Shown here: positions 1 through 12,582 of the stretch, piece after piece | How positions within the stretch are numbered: position 1 is the stretch's first letter | Layout of the letters: each line of letters starts with the position of its first letter | Assembly (NCBI GenBank): GCA_030704615.1 | Contig: CM060733.1 | Span: 21,514,001 to 21,578,000, forward strand | DNA length: 64,000 nucleotides | Direction of reading: 5' to 3' | From: Takakia lepidozioides | Taxonomy: Eukaryota > Plantae > Bryophyta | The notes under the pieces: model-generated | Told to the model about the DNA's origin: nothing | Databases searched by the model: none | What the model saw: only the letters and a program-made list of their open reading frames with translations | Program-made: the position numbers and the translations under genes

Positions 1-1133
1 ATTCTGTTTGCAGTTTCAAATGCCTCCTCCACTGTATTATGGGGTAAAATATCCACTTTCTTTTGCAACTCTGGCCTAGTCCACTCACAAACCAAGTCTT
101 CTGTAAACCGGGTGCTGGTACTGCCAGCCAGCTTTTTCATCATCAATTCCATCTTTCCATATACTCCTCAACAGTTTCATGCTTCTTTTGCTTTAACTGT
201 TGTAAACTTCCATACACTTCATCCTCAGTTTTACTTGTCCTGAACCTATTTCGAAATGTTGTATTCAAGCATTCCAGGTTAGGAAATGATTATCAGGGAA
301 TCTTGCATACCATTCACTTGCTTCTTTATAAGTGAACACGGAAACAGTCTCATCTTGGCATCATCGCCATTCTCATTGTTCACTATACACATGTGCTCGA
401 ATTGGCTAATGTGTACATCAGGATCCCCTTTTCCTGAATAATATGGAAAAGGTGGTTTTGTGGCCCTACCTTCTGCCCACTGACAGGTGCTGGCACCCTT
501 GCTGGTGCTGGTCCTTCTGGACCTGTTGTTTTTGTGGGGATCTTCCACAAGTGGTGGCCCTTGAGCACTCCCTGCTTCCCGGCTCCACGATATTCACAGT
601 ATTCCCAGCTTTAGTTGCACTACTTCCCACACTCCCTGTCCCCCCAGAGCCAGATCCAGGCAGCCCGCCTGATCCCCCTGAGCCGACACCTTCGTTGGCC
701 TGCGATCCAAGTGCTCCACTTGATCCAGGTCCAACGGGTTGGGATGTCCTGGTTGTAGTCTCAACCTCAGCTGTTGGGTCTACTTATTCATATTCTTCCT
801 CTTCCAATTTCTTCTCTCTGTTTTCATCCTCCAAGTTTTGCCCTTGGGTTTCTTCTTCACTCATGTAACTCAACTGCAATGGTGTTGGAGAGTCTGAACT
901 CTCCGTTGGCTTTGCCACATCCTCTCCTCCTTCTTCACCTTCCGCTTCAGAAACTGGAGTTCATGCTTTTGGTGTTCCATGCCAACTCTTATCAAAGATT
1001 TCTGTCAAAATTTTTATCCAGGGATTTCACCACCTCGTGATTGATTTTCTTCTCGTACCAATTCCCTTAATCTTTCTCGCAAAGGAACAGAAGGAGTGTC
1101 ATTCAACTCTAGTTCTTCTGGTATGGGTGATGT
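1..1133 (-). mobile_element. Ty3/gypsy gag region, degenerate (frameshifted), plus the end of the upstream leader ORF
   Basis: ORF 279..548 has FPYYSGKGDPDVHISQFEHMC...DDAKMRLFPCSL; further downstream are LKQKKHETVEEY and WFVSGL. These are Retrotrans_gag motifs. Runs off the window start. Confidence 0.8.
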
Positions 1134-2981
1134 ACTCTTTGATCTTAATGGCGTGAGGAATCTGGGGTTGGTCGCCTCTGTACCAAATTGTTGCAGCAGG
1201 TGAGATCCCTGAGTTTGCGGGTGACAATTTCTTGCAGATTGGATACTTTCTATACGGAGGCATGCCCCCATACAAGGAAGCCCGAACCCAGGTGCGTGAA
1301 GGGCTTGCAGCCCTTCGGGGTGGCAAGATACTTTGGCGGTGTTCGACGTGGATATCCAGTACAAACCGGGACGGGACAATGCCTCGCCGTTCTGAATCCT
1401 ATTGCCTTCAGAATGGTGTGGGAGTATACCTTATGGTGCAGGGGGCAAGAAAAAAGCCTTGAAGGACTTCAACAAAATTTTGAAGCATCGGAAGGATGTC
1501 GACATGGGCTGGCTTCCTTGTCCACCAGGTGTGTATTGCCCTTACCACGGTTCGTGCTACTGCATTTCAGTTCCTGGTGGTTCTTAACAATGTCCTTGGT
1601 GTTGTTCTCATTTCATTTCTTGTCACGGCCACATTTTCACAATGCCGATGTTGGTGTGCAGGCTGTCTTGACTACGGGGAATCTAGCCTACATGACAAAC
1701 TTGAGGCTGCCCGACAAATCCTCCATGAGGTCCACATTGAGAGGCTCACAAAGGATGAGGCATGTTTCTGCAATGCCAAGTGTGGACATAAGGAGGCGGC
1801 TGTCCTTGAACCGCAGTCAAGCGCACTCGTTCACCTGAGTACAAATACGAACATGGGGGCACTCATTTTGGCCGCTAACATGGCATGCAATTCCACACCT
1901 TCTGATGAGGCCAACAATGCCGTGGTAGAACATGTGCTGTCGGATCCTGTCCTCCCTCAGGCCCAAACGATCCTGCCTGCTGAAGAAACTTGTGGCGACA
2001 TACAGTGCCCACAAACAAGTCCCATGACTCAACTTGAAATGGAACTAAGCGCCACTCAGGTATTTCCTGGATTGTGTTGACCGCCTCCCCCTGTGGCCTC
2101 TTTCACTTCAGAACAAACCCTCTGTGACATAACTAAGTTCCAAAGTCCACCACCCCTTAATATGCTATGTCCCACTGATGAGGGTGCTATTGTACATGCA
2201 GTAAGCACTGTTGGATCTTCCGTTCTACCTCAGCGCTTAAACATGGGACAGAGCCTCCCACCCCCAATGCGATGGTTCTCGCACTGCCTTCGCCCATGCG
2301 ACCTTACCAAATCTTGTTTGATGGTGCTGATACACCTCACAGTACAAAGGCTACTACACGATTTCATGGTGATGTACATGGCAGCGTCCGGGCATTGAAT
2401 AAAAATGCAACCACTGCCACCTTTGCCAAACCCAAGCCAGGCAAAGGATGCGTTGCCCCAACCCGCACTTGCATTGCAGCGCAACAAAACCATGTCCATG
2501 TATCCAGTGCCATTGTGGTTTTTTTTAATGTTAACGGTCTCTCCTCTCCAGATTGGAAATGGGTATGTATGACGACGTTGCACATGCATTGACATATTGG
2601 GCTCTTGGATGTGCAGGATACATGAAGGCCTCGAAAACGTATTGTGAGTTGCGACGCCTGTGCACCTTTTTTCATGCATGATATGGTATACCTTCCATCC
2701 ACAGTTTGCAAGTGGCCTGCATGTGCATAATTATGTGGGCGGATTCTCATAGCAATGAGGTATGTGCTTTTTTTGCAGGTGGGCCAGTGGTGCAGTGGTG
2801 GCAAAAACACATGACATATGGTTTTTGAAGGGCTCTCGGTTTTGCAAGTTCCTCTTATACTAGAAAATGCAGATGACTTGCTCTCTGCAAGGGGGTGGAT
2901 TAGTGACTGTCTGATGGACTTCTGGGTGTCAGTAAAAATACTTTCTCTTCCTATATATGTTGGGACCATTTTGGGACCATG
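1134..2981 (+). mobile_element. Degenerate coding region of an unclassified element, probably the inverted continuation of 4711-6129
   Basis: Broken ORFs (1232..1462, 1496..2080) with no recognised domain. The frame reads on plausibly from KWDREQY (4711, minus) if 1134-4710 is inverted. Confidence 0.3.
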
Positions 2982-3983
2982 TGTTAGAGGACTGCCAGGG
3001 ACTTAGACATTTTTACGGGATCTGAGGAGTACCCTTAATTTTTGCACAGACTGAGACCAACAGGAGCCTTAGGGGTGATAACAGCGCACTGTAGAGAGGG
3101 GTTACACAGCCCGTCACAGTCGTCACAGCCAACACAGCCCGTCACAGTCGTCATAGCCGACACAGCCAACACAGTCATCACAGCCGACACAGCCAACACA
3201 GTCGTCACAGCCAACACAGCCATCACAGCCAACACAGCCCGTCACAGTCGACACAGCCCGTCACAGCCCGTCACAGTCGTCACATCCAGTCACAGCCCGT
3301 CACAGTTTCACACAGCCAGTCACAGCTTGACACAGCTGTCACGACCATAGGGAACGGATAGCAGGACAGGGAACGACTGTGGGGAACAACACCTGCAAAT
3401 GGAACATGTTAGTTCACGGACGACAGTTAGTGAGGGAAACAGTTAGAGCCACGGGTAGGAAGATAAAGGGAGAAGCAAGGACTGAGAAGAGGATCAATCT
3501 TGGAAGCACTCGGGGGGGAGGATTCTTGGTCATGGATGAGAGGGGATCGGGCGGAGAGCAAGAACGAAAGCAAGCATGGAGAGCACGGTGAAGGAGGAGA
3601 GATGATTAGTAAATGCTTGTTATATGCAAAGTTGTAGTGATATTGTAGAGGAGATTAGAGACACAATGGCTTCGGCCTGATACCTGATAAATCATAATCT
3701 GATACTTATATGATACAATCACACTGTGTAGAGAGATCTGAGTGAAGCTGTGGAATGAATGGATGAGTTGATGAGCAAACTGATACTCAATTATCAATAG
3801 TAAGGTAGCTAGCTAACATGAATGCGGAAAGGAAAACAAATAGGAAACACCCCCATGATACACTAGCTGTAGGTCATGACTGATTATTCTGAGCGGGCTG
3901 AGTACTTAGAGATTTCCAACTCTTCTATCTTGGAGTTTCCGCCTCGGATAGCGAAGGGATGGGTGAGTAAAAGCCGCGCGACA
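2982..3983 (+). mobile_element. 5' LTR of a gypsy element (TG...CA, about 1 kb)
   Basis: Starts TGTTAGAGG, ends GCCGCGCGACA, is followed by a PBS, and is homologous in inverted orientation to 39216-40190. Confidence 0.85.
3105..3345 (+). repeat. CACAGCC/CACAGTC-based tandem repeat inside the LTR
   Basis: Directly visible reiteration of cacagcc/gtcacag units. Confidence 0.9.
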
Positions 3984-3985
3984 TT

Positions 3986-4003
3986 TGGCGACCATACTGG
4001 GGA
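3986..4003 (+). promoter_or_regulatory. Primer binding site
   Basis: TGGCGACCATACTGGGGA begins 2 nt after the LTR CA. It resembles the TGGCGAC...CTGGGGA PBS of non-chromovirus (Tat/Ogre-like) gypsy elements. Confidence 0.7.
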
Positions 4004-4710
4004 TCTGGGTCATGAACAACCAGATGTGACAGGCATCTGGTGGGATCATGGTGGATGGAGAATTAAAGAATTTGATGTGAATCAAATTCCTTGTGAAACT
4101 AAGAAGGAAAGATTGTCCAAACGATTCTTCCAGAGGTTTTTGAATTGCCGGACGGTTGTAAAGAAAACATTCTTAAGAGAGTGCATGATGCTGACCCAGA
4201 GTGGGGTCTGGAGAAAGGAGTGATAAAGATTTATCAGGTGGCATGTAGAGGAGAGCACGTTGGTTACCAACATTCGTATATGTGATAGCATTGCTATCCA
4301 TTAAGCGAGTAGAGTTTGAAGGCTGGGAGGAAAGAAAAGTGAATGTTTATACTCATATGCATGAAGAGCTTGTACTGGTAAAGAATTGGATTCCAAAGGA
4401 TATTTTGTGGATCAAACTCACACCAAGAACAGCTTTTCAGACTTGTTTGCCATATGGTTATATGGTAACGGAGACTTCAAGTATAACCAAGGGTGCATTG
4501 AAGCTTGAAAGAAACCCAGGCATATACGAGAGATATTACAGAAGAGAGTTTTGGTTATTGCCACATTAAAAGAAATGAAAGACATGGGACATGAGTGATG
4601 AAAGAGAAGCTAGACGCCAGAGATATTCAGCAAAAAGAGAAAGCTATCTGAAAGCTAATTATCCATATCTTTGGGAGAGAGGAATAGACATAGGGGAATC
4701 ATCTGGACCA
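4004..4710 (+). mobile_element. Gypsy 5' leader with a degenerate extra ORF upstream of gag
   Basis: Purine-rich broken ORFs (4282..4569, 4591..) directly after the PBS. Confidence 0.5.
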
Positions 4711-6129
4711 TATTGTTCTCTATCCCATTTTGCCATGTTGTCGTCAACAAACTGCCTCCTACGAGCCTCCAACTCAGACTGGGCTGCAATTCCTTTCATT
4801 TCGAAATCCAGCAATGCCATGGCATACTTGTGATGTGCCATCACCAATTGGCATTCCGCCAACTAAGCGGGATGGTCACGAGTTACTCCAGGACGTATTG
4901 CAAATAGCTCCACCACATTTTCCACAGCTGTCTTCTCCTCTAAAGGTGCATCAAACTGCTCCCCCGCCATTGTAGAGTCATGGAGCTGGTCAGTAATAGA
5001 GCAAGAGTAACCAAAAACCCTAAACTTGAAAGGCAACTTCAAACAAAATGCAAAGACACGCATCATCAAAGAAGGAGTTGTGACCATGAAGGTGCAGGCC
5101 AAGAAGAAGGTGTGTTACATGTCGTTTAAGCCACCATTGACCAAAAGCGTTGTCCATCATTTGGTCCCCGAACTCAAATTTCCCAATAAGAGCCACAAGA
5201 CGATTGAGAAAAGAAGGCTCATCCAGAGATGGAAATCCGTCGGGCAACAAGTTGAACTTCATCAGATAGGTCAGTCTTGGGCATGAAACAGGTGCAGGTA
5301 TGGGAGGCACAACAATATCCGAGGTCAGTAGCACCGACGCCTTGACAAAGTCTTCCCTTGCCTCTTCTCTACTTAGCGGTGCAAGGGTTGTGGACTTCAG
5401 AATGTGCACTAGAGGTCTTCATCTTTTCTACCTGAAGATTCAACTCCAACGTGCACTTCGGATCGAAGACTTTGCCGCGGCACGGCAGGAGGTCGTACAA
5501 ACGTAGAGTTTACAATGCACTCAGATGGAAGACTTTCATGTGATGGCAGAGGTGCGTCCAATGAGTCCTTTCGAATGTGCTGAGGTCTAACAGTCTGCTG
5601 TGGCAGCGCAGGTGGTGCGTCCAACAACTGGAAATCGTCATCGTCATCATCATCGTCAAGGTCCACTCCCGGCTCCTTCCGAAGACTCATGTGCTTCCTA
5701 TGCTTAAGTTCTCGTGTAGTCTCTTCTGCCGTCGTCTCCTTGCGTTCTACCCTCGTCTTCCTCAACTTGCAGGGAGGAGGCTTCATCCCGTGCTTACTAA
5801 GAACAGCCTCCATGATGTGCCTCTGTCCGCTTACTCACTAGTTTTTGGTCACCAACGGGCTTGCACCGTTCTCGGGGTTACTACTCCGTATATATACTTT
5901 TGTGACTGTCCGCGGGGGTTTCACAAACAACCATGCCATTTTATGGCGAACCACCACGAAAACCCTCGATTCCCGGTGATGAGTCGCGGTGAGTCTTGGC
6001 CCACTCACCACGGTCCCATTGGACCGTGATGAGTCCCAAGACTCCCCACGACTCCCACCACAAGGTCTCCGCCCCCATGGTGAGTCGTATGCCACCCCCA
6101 CTAAGTCCCACTAAGCTACCACCACCCCT
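4711..6129 (-). mobile_element. End of an unclassified putative DNA transposon with a degenerate ORF
   Basis: Terminus-like GGGGTGGTGGTAGCTTAGTGGGACTTAGTGG at about 6129 and GAGTC/GACTC-rich subterminal motifs. Minus-strand ORFs 5409..5813, 5020..5409, 4659..4862. It truncates the PEN-2-like 5' copy. Confidence 0.35.
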
Positions 6130-6144
6130 TAGAGTCATACGTTT

Positions 6145-7062
6145 CATTGTATGTCCGACGCGCTTCGCGCATGGAGGATTGTTTCACCATATCGGCGCCC
6201 ACTCCAAATCCACTACCCTCCTCCTGAAGAATCCTCCAGCAGAGCAAAGGTTGCTGGAATGTGAAAGCAAGAACTCAAACTAAAACATGAAGCACGCAAA
6301 TGGATTGCAACAGACAGAAATGGCAAGCAAGAGGAAGAAAATAGCTGCAAATCACACGAATGACTTCCAAATTCTCCAAAAAGAAACCCTATACTCAAGT
6401 CGAATGAGTAATCGCTTCACCGCCACAACTCAGTCAACAGTTTATAACAGCCGCGATGCATACTCCTCAAGGAAGTGCTTGTAACACCGCTTCCGCCGGG
6501 ATCATACATTTCGGGTCATGCAAACGCCAGGAAGCTTGGAAAACCTGTCCTGTGGCTGCCATGAATTAAATCGATCAAGCATCGACGTGGCGAGTGACAT
6601 CTGAAGGGCCGCATTCGAATCGACAGGTCCACCATGTGCGTGCGAACTGGACGCGAAAAGCACGAAAGCATGATCATCGCGATCTCCCTACGGCCATATA
6701 TGAGTATGTGTCACATCCTGTCATGTCAAGCCGTCCATCATCATGGGTGATTGCAGCACATGGATCATGTTGCATCCCATCCATCTTTCGTCATGCGATG
6801 TGTCCCGCGCGCGATGTTGGGTTGTGGTGACAGGTGTCATGTGCCACAGAGTTCATGTGGTGTGGTGACGGCCGGCGGGGGGGGGGGGCGGGGAGGGCGG
6901 GCAGGGGGATGGGGGGGGTGGGCTGGCGCGGGGGCGAGGGGCAGCGACCGCGAGCCGCGCAGCAGCAGGCGAAGGGGGTGCGGCTGGGGTGGGGGGGGGG
7001 TGCCACGCAGGCAGGACCGAAGGGGTCGCATTAGGCTCCCGGGCCTTTTCTAATGTGCGCCA
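6145..7062 (-). repeat. Inverted copy of 11141-11550 (GC-rich element plus PEN-2 5' region)
   Basis: gggccttttctaatgtgcgcc (about 7041-7062) is the reverse complement of ggcgcacattagaaaaggccc (11141). gtccgacgcgcttcgcgcatg...gaagaatcctccagc matches 11455-11545. Confidence 0.85.
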
Positions 7063-7562
7063 ATATTGCCCAACGCATACTTCTTGGTCACCGTCTTTAA
7101 TTTGCTGCATGTTGTTGTGAAGCCCCCCGGTAGTTCACCAGTCTGCAGTGCGGGTGCAGAAAATCGATATCTAGAGCAGACTCCGAGCAGACAATGAAGA
7201 AATTCATGAGATGTCAACGGGACTGGTAATTACACTCGACCTGGACGCTCTTGGAACCGGTCGATAGTCTCGGAAACGACCTATTCGTCTGCAGACTAAC
7301 AAAAACTAAATATTCACACAACCGCTGTACATACTCTCAATTCTTAAAGGCAGCTTCACCTGTATACATGGCACCTCTGCTTTAAAACGATGTACCTGCA
7401 ACGAAATTCCATCTTTAACTACGGGCTAGCCTGTCACAATTCCCACTCTGAAGGAAAATTTATACAAGAGCTTTACATATTGCAACGTATACAATCTACC
7501 AGGCAGAATCGGGCAGAATCCAGCGAGATATTAACTCCACGTTGGGAAAGCGAAGATTCGCT

Positions 7563-8600
7563 CATAAGCGAAGGTGTGCTACTGCATGCAGTGGGTGTTT
7601 CCTACTGAGTGTGATTCCGAACCGCTCGGAGATGTCCAAATAGTCCGGGTCTTGGTCGTTTGGTTGCTCTGGACCAATGGAAGCTATGAAGAAGGCGAGC
7701 TAGTGTTAAGTGAACCGTAAGTAGTCCCAGAGAGAGTCCTGGGGATCCACGTCTTCACTCCCAAAAGGCAAAAGTTGAAAGTCGTCCTTTGACATCAATG
7801 TCAGGATGCTCCATAATTCTCAGGTTCAAACGCAACCTTGGGGTCTCTTCCATGCGGAAAGATCTCGCCTGATAGCCACACATTGACGAACAATTGGGTC
7901 ATTGCTGGCAGATTATAGCCCGCCGCTTGACCTTCCTCACGAGACTTGTATGGAATCAGGAGTGGAGCCACTGGTGGAGGCGAAAGATTTCCTTTGAGGT
8001 CTACAGCTTGTAGATAATTCAGTTTGTGCGCGCTTCATCACATCGGGGTGGAAGAGCTCGGCCATCGCCCACTCCTTCGTCACCGAGGATGTGTCTGTTC
8101 CAGCATTCATCATGTCCTACATGCACAAAAGCACGCACATTTAGTTTTTTCTGGTGTTTTTCTTTTAACCAAACTTCACCCGCCAACTTCCATGCTGGAG
8201 GTACAGTAGATTATGAAAACCCCACAAAATGCAGCTCGAGTGCATCAACAGGAAAATTACCTTGTCCCCGGCTGTCGTTTACAATGCTGGCTCCGATTTA
8301 GAAGATTGGTCCCGTAGCACAACCCTTATCGATTCGTCATACAGATGCTCACGTGCATCCTCTGTACGCATGGTGAGGATCGAACAACATCAACAAAGTC
8401 TGTTGAAGGCTGATAGCCACTCCCCTGTCCCACAGTTGCAGCCTCTTTGTGGTCGTCGACGATGATGCGCTCATAAAAACTGGTCACTTCACCGTTGTTT
8501 TCCTCGTAGATGCGTCCATGCCTTGCAACTTCGACAGCCACCGTACGTAGGGGTTGTAATCACCTATAACGATCGCCCTCGCCCCACCCCAGTACTGTCT
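7563..8600 (-). pseudogene. Cytochrome P450 (CYP71 clan, A-type) pseudogene, 3' half with intron
   Basis: Manual translation: GDYNPYVRWL, DFVDV, then after an intron DMMNAGTDTSSVT.EWAMAEL (I-helix), LNYLQAV..KEIFRLH (ExxR), GYNLPAMTQLFVNVW, DFQLLPFGS.RRGSPGLSLGL (heme motif, Cys replaced by Ser), LARLLHSFHW. Many frameshifts. Confidence 0.9.
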
Positions 8601-8726
8601 CTATCCGGCCCGAGTATCTCACACTAGTGGGTGTGAAAGAGTGGGTCTCAAACCTAGCGCAATGGCATTCCAGTAAGGGATGTGGAAGGTGTTGCAATGT
8701 GGTAGCTTCCGTTACACTCGTGGGTG

Positions 8727-9470
8727 TCAAAATTGCTCATAGATCTCGAAAGCCTCTCTACCACAACCATGCTCAGCATACCCTGCAATCATCACATTCC
8801 ATGAGACTATACTTGGTTTTGTCATATTGTCCAACACTTGATGTGCATCCTTCATGCTACTGCATTTCGCATACATATCAACAAGGGTATTTTCCAGAAT
8901 GATATCTGGCACAATTCAACTTTTAATGATGTCAGCATGGACCTCTTAGCCCTGCCCTAGAGCTCTTAGGCTGGCACATGCACTGAGACCACAAATGAAT
9001 GTCACCCTGTTGGGTTGGTATCCCATACCGAAGCATTTGCTTTTACATCTCGAGAGCCATCCTGCTGCACCCATGCGTGGCATATCCCCCGATCATTACA
9101 GTCCAGGTTACAACATCACATTCAGGCATTCTGTCAAACAGTTGGTGTGCATCCACCATGCTACCACACCTGGCATACATGTTGACAAGGGTGTTGAGTA
9201 GATGTTTGGCTTGCATCCACTTTGGATAATGTGTGTGTGCACTTGCTTTCCCTCTGCTTGGCATTTCCTGTTGATGCACTCCCGCAAGACACTGAGTCCA
9301 GCGGAGTGCCTCCTCAGTTCAAAATGTGCAGCATCTTGTTGAGTTGTCCTGCCTTACATGGTGTCCTCACATCCCCAGATACACCAGTAGGATTCTGGTT
9401 CAGTGTGTCTCTTGCTTCTCTTCCAACAGCCGTGGAGACGATGGAGGCGCAGCGCCGGCAGCAGGTTTGA
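8727..9470 (-). pseudogene. PLS-class PPR gene fragment
   Basis: NTLVNMYARCGSMVDAHQLFDRMPECDVVTWTVMIGGYATHG and NTLVDMYAKCSSMKDAHQVLDNM...SWNVMIAGYAEHG. Frameshifted and truncated against the P450 fragment. Confidence 0.9.
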
Positions 9471-10559
9471 CGTCCAATCAGAGGCTGTGCCTGATTCAAC
9501 CACACTCTTAGTTACAAACCTTTACAATCAATCTCACCTACTATATCTAAAAGCTCCTAAAAAGATCTCTCCATATAGCGAAGGGTTCCTGAAACATACC
9601 AACAGGGTTTGAAGAGTACTACTGTAGTAGTACTAGTATTTGATACGGTATACTGAGTATAAAATGCAGAACAGCACGATGCTGACATCTGTGGAGGGGA
9701 AGCAACGACTTCAAACGGTAGCTCATGATGGCTTTCTTGATATGCCATCTCCCGCCCAACGGGTGTATTTTAGCATCGTCTCACTCCAGAGAAGATATAT
9801 TAGTGTCAGGGTACCTCCTAGAGTGTGCATGTTAGTGTGAGTGTGCTAGAGCCAGGGTTTGCTGCTAGCATCACATGTGTTAGTGTGATTAGTACCACTG
9901 TCGGGTACTAAGTTATATGTAAGGCTTACTGTGTGGCTCTGTTTATGCAGGAATAGTTTGTGTACATGTTTCCTGTTGTCTGTTTTTCTACTGTCTCCAG
10001 TGGTTTGCAGTATAGTCCAATAACTACAGTCATCTACTTTAAAAAATCGCTGTATTTGAACTGGAAACAACTAGAAAAGTACCCAGTGTAATTGCATGGA
10101 GCTCCATGGGCAGATGGATATCACAACAAACACAAGATTGTGCTTGACCTTGGATCATGGATGTTAACTTTCACCAAGGGAGGGTTTTCAAGACTCACTG
10201 TCAATCCAAAAGGCTTCCCTTGAGCGTTTCTGTCTGAAGTCCCTTGTGCTTGGACTATTGTGTGGAAACCAAGCCGGCCAATTGAGCAGCTAAAGGTTGG
10301 ACCAAAAGACAACGCTCTAAACATCTCCCTAAAAAATGAACCTACTCCTAGCAGCGATAAACTTCAGTTTTTACTACTTTTTAAGGATATAAACGGTGAA
10401 TAATCGAATCGTTAGAACAGTGCTACCTTCATGTCATCCCCCCGCAAAAATCTGGCCACTAATAAAGGCCTTCTACCGAACTTGGACTCTAGGGCACTCT
10501 CAACCATCCATCTGCTTCTAAACTATGATCAGACCACCAAAGGCTGAGCCCTACTATGC

Positions 10560-11000
10560 CCTGTTTTTTAATGCCTCCGCAGCTCAATAGTGAGGCATCT
10601 ATGGAGGGCCAGATGCACCAAATCTGGCATAGTCTCTGCTGGCACATGCTCCGCTTCCACTCTTTTGGCCCTAGTTTACCAGCACTTACAAATTGATTCC
10701 AGGAAGGTGTGGGTAAAATTATGTGCAGACCTCGAGAGAGCTCCGCGCCATGCAGATTCACTCTACGTTGCCTTCAGCTCGACCTGGGCTCATCGAGGGA
10801 TCATCTGCAACAGCACTTCGACGGAGCACTTTGTCTCGAATCTTCAACCCCAAGACCATTGGGAAAACCTCCGCGCCACCATCCATCGCCTCGCGTTTGA
10901 GCAATGAAATTAACTGGAGCAATGTGAAGAACTCGAAAGCTTCTCTCCACTTTCGCTGATCATCACGATCATCCTTTAAACGGCTCCTTACTGTTTTCAT
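10560..11000 (-). pseudogene. Degenerate gene fragment, possibly P-class PPR
   Basis: QRKWREAFEFF, AEVF, GRA, TFLESICKC and SLLSCG are scattered across frames. The resemblance is weak. Confidence 0.35.
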
Positions 11001-11140
11001 AGGCTAGCTTTGAATCTTCTCCCCTCAATAATTCAAATAAAGTTTTTCCAGGGCCCCTTCCCCTGTTTTTAAATAATAATAATAACTATATATTTCCAAT
11101 AATTTATTTTTGTTGCCGACTTCTCTGATATATATATATA

Positions 11141-11345
11141 GGCGCACATTAGAAAAGGCCCTGGAGTTTAATGCGAGCCAAGGGTCCTGCCTGCGTGGCA
11201 CCCCCCTCGCCCCCCGGCCGCACCCCCCCAGGTTCCCGCGCGGCTCGCGGTCGCCGCGGCCCGGGACCCCCTCGCCCCGGCCCGCCCCACCCTCTCTCCC
11301 CGCCCTCGCCGCCCCCTCGCCCAGCCGTGACACATGAATCGCATG
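11141..11345 (+). repeat. GC-rich repeated element (MITE-like end) after a (TA)n tract
   Basis: Second, inverted copy at 6790-7062. Sharp boundary at GGCGCACATTAG. Confidence 0.6.
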
Positions 11346-11439
11346 ATTCATGTGTTGCAACCATCCCATGATGACGGACGGCCTCCCATAACATGAGGCC
11401 GCACATAGCCATTGCAGGCCGTAGGTGATCGCAATCATC

Positions 11440-12582
11440 ATGCTCGCATTCCAGCAGCTGGAGGATTCTTCAGGACGTGTTGTAGAGGTTTTGCAGTGAG
11501 GCCGATATGGGGAAACAATCCAGCATGCGCGAAGCGCGTCGGACGTACGTTGGATGGATCTCTGGGAGTGCACCCGGAGGAGGCTGGCTCGAAACTTTTA
11601 TTACGCTGGATTCTTACTTCTTCCAATGCTGTGGTTTCTCAATTGCTTCTACTTCTGGCCTGTATTGCGACACCGAGAAGCGGAGCCTCTCATACGTCCT
11701 TGTATGGTTATTTTTCCCCTTGATACTTGCTTATCGTCATTGCCTGTAGTAGAGTCCTAGGTTTTGTGGGTCGTTCACTTTTTAGGGTCAGCGCTTGTGG
11801 CCCTTGTACTAACTTAGGTTAATTTCAATTAGTACTTTTCGAAGGCCTTGAAGAATTGTTCCTGGAATTGTTTGGTGATAGTTTCTAGCCAGGGTCGAGT
11901 TTTGGGAAGATGGAAGTCCGCTCTCGGACATCTGACTCAATTCGAGATTTGTTTGTAGACGCACAGTGCCTTTCCAGAGCTGCTTGGGTGGTATGTGTGT
12001 CGAGGATAGTAGCTTCATGTCTTCATACTACTTTTCTTTTGGATTCTTTCATGCAGTTCAGAAAATTTCTCATCCTACATCATGCCGCAATCATGGCAGT
12101 CTGTGAGACCATATCTCGTTTTTCAACCTGCGTTCAGTCGGATCCCCCACCGTCTGATATTTTTCAATAAAACCGCCCACACCAGCAGTCCACACATAAG
12201 TGCGACTCCAATCTAGAGTTTATGATGTTGGGTTGTATACTCAAATGTCTTTATGGAGTGCATGTAACCAGCATTGCAGACAGGCATGTGAAGGAGAGGT
12301 AGAGAGGAGGGACTGGGGGGTGGTACAGCTTGAAAGAAACTCTCGTTTTCCCTACTCAATGTTGTAGTTGACTCATGTGCCTGGGAAAGGTGAATAACAG
12401 CCACATCCGGTGTGGTGGAGAGTTGACTGGGAACAGATGTGGTGCGATCACGGGTGGGATGCCTTCTCTTTAGTGCGGTCCTTCTCTCCTGGGCCCTTAC
12501 ATTTTCTTTTGGTGGTGAGCACCTATTTGAGTCTGCTTGGAAGCACATGGCTGTCTACGATTTGGCTGATAAATACGAAATG
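11440..12582 (+). pseudogene. PEN2: Gamma-secretase subunit PEN-2 homologue with a frameshift near 11586 (exons about 11440-11701 and 12437-12582, possibly a further exon from 12667)
   Basis: TLDGSLGVHPEEA / LARNFYYAGFLLLPMLWFLNCFYFWPVLRH...IRP|YVVRSRVGCLLFSAVLLSWALTFSFGGEHLF...VYDLADKY matches plant PEN-2. Phase-1 GT-AG intron at 11702-12436. Confidence 0.9.

Noticed and set aside
3105-3345. CRISPR-like or coding repeat array
   Set aside because: Short degenerate tandem units with no unique spacers, inside an LTR. ORFs over it are artefacts.
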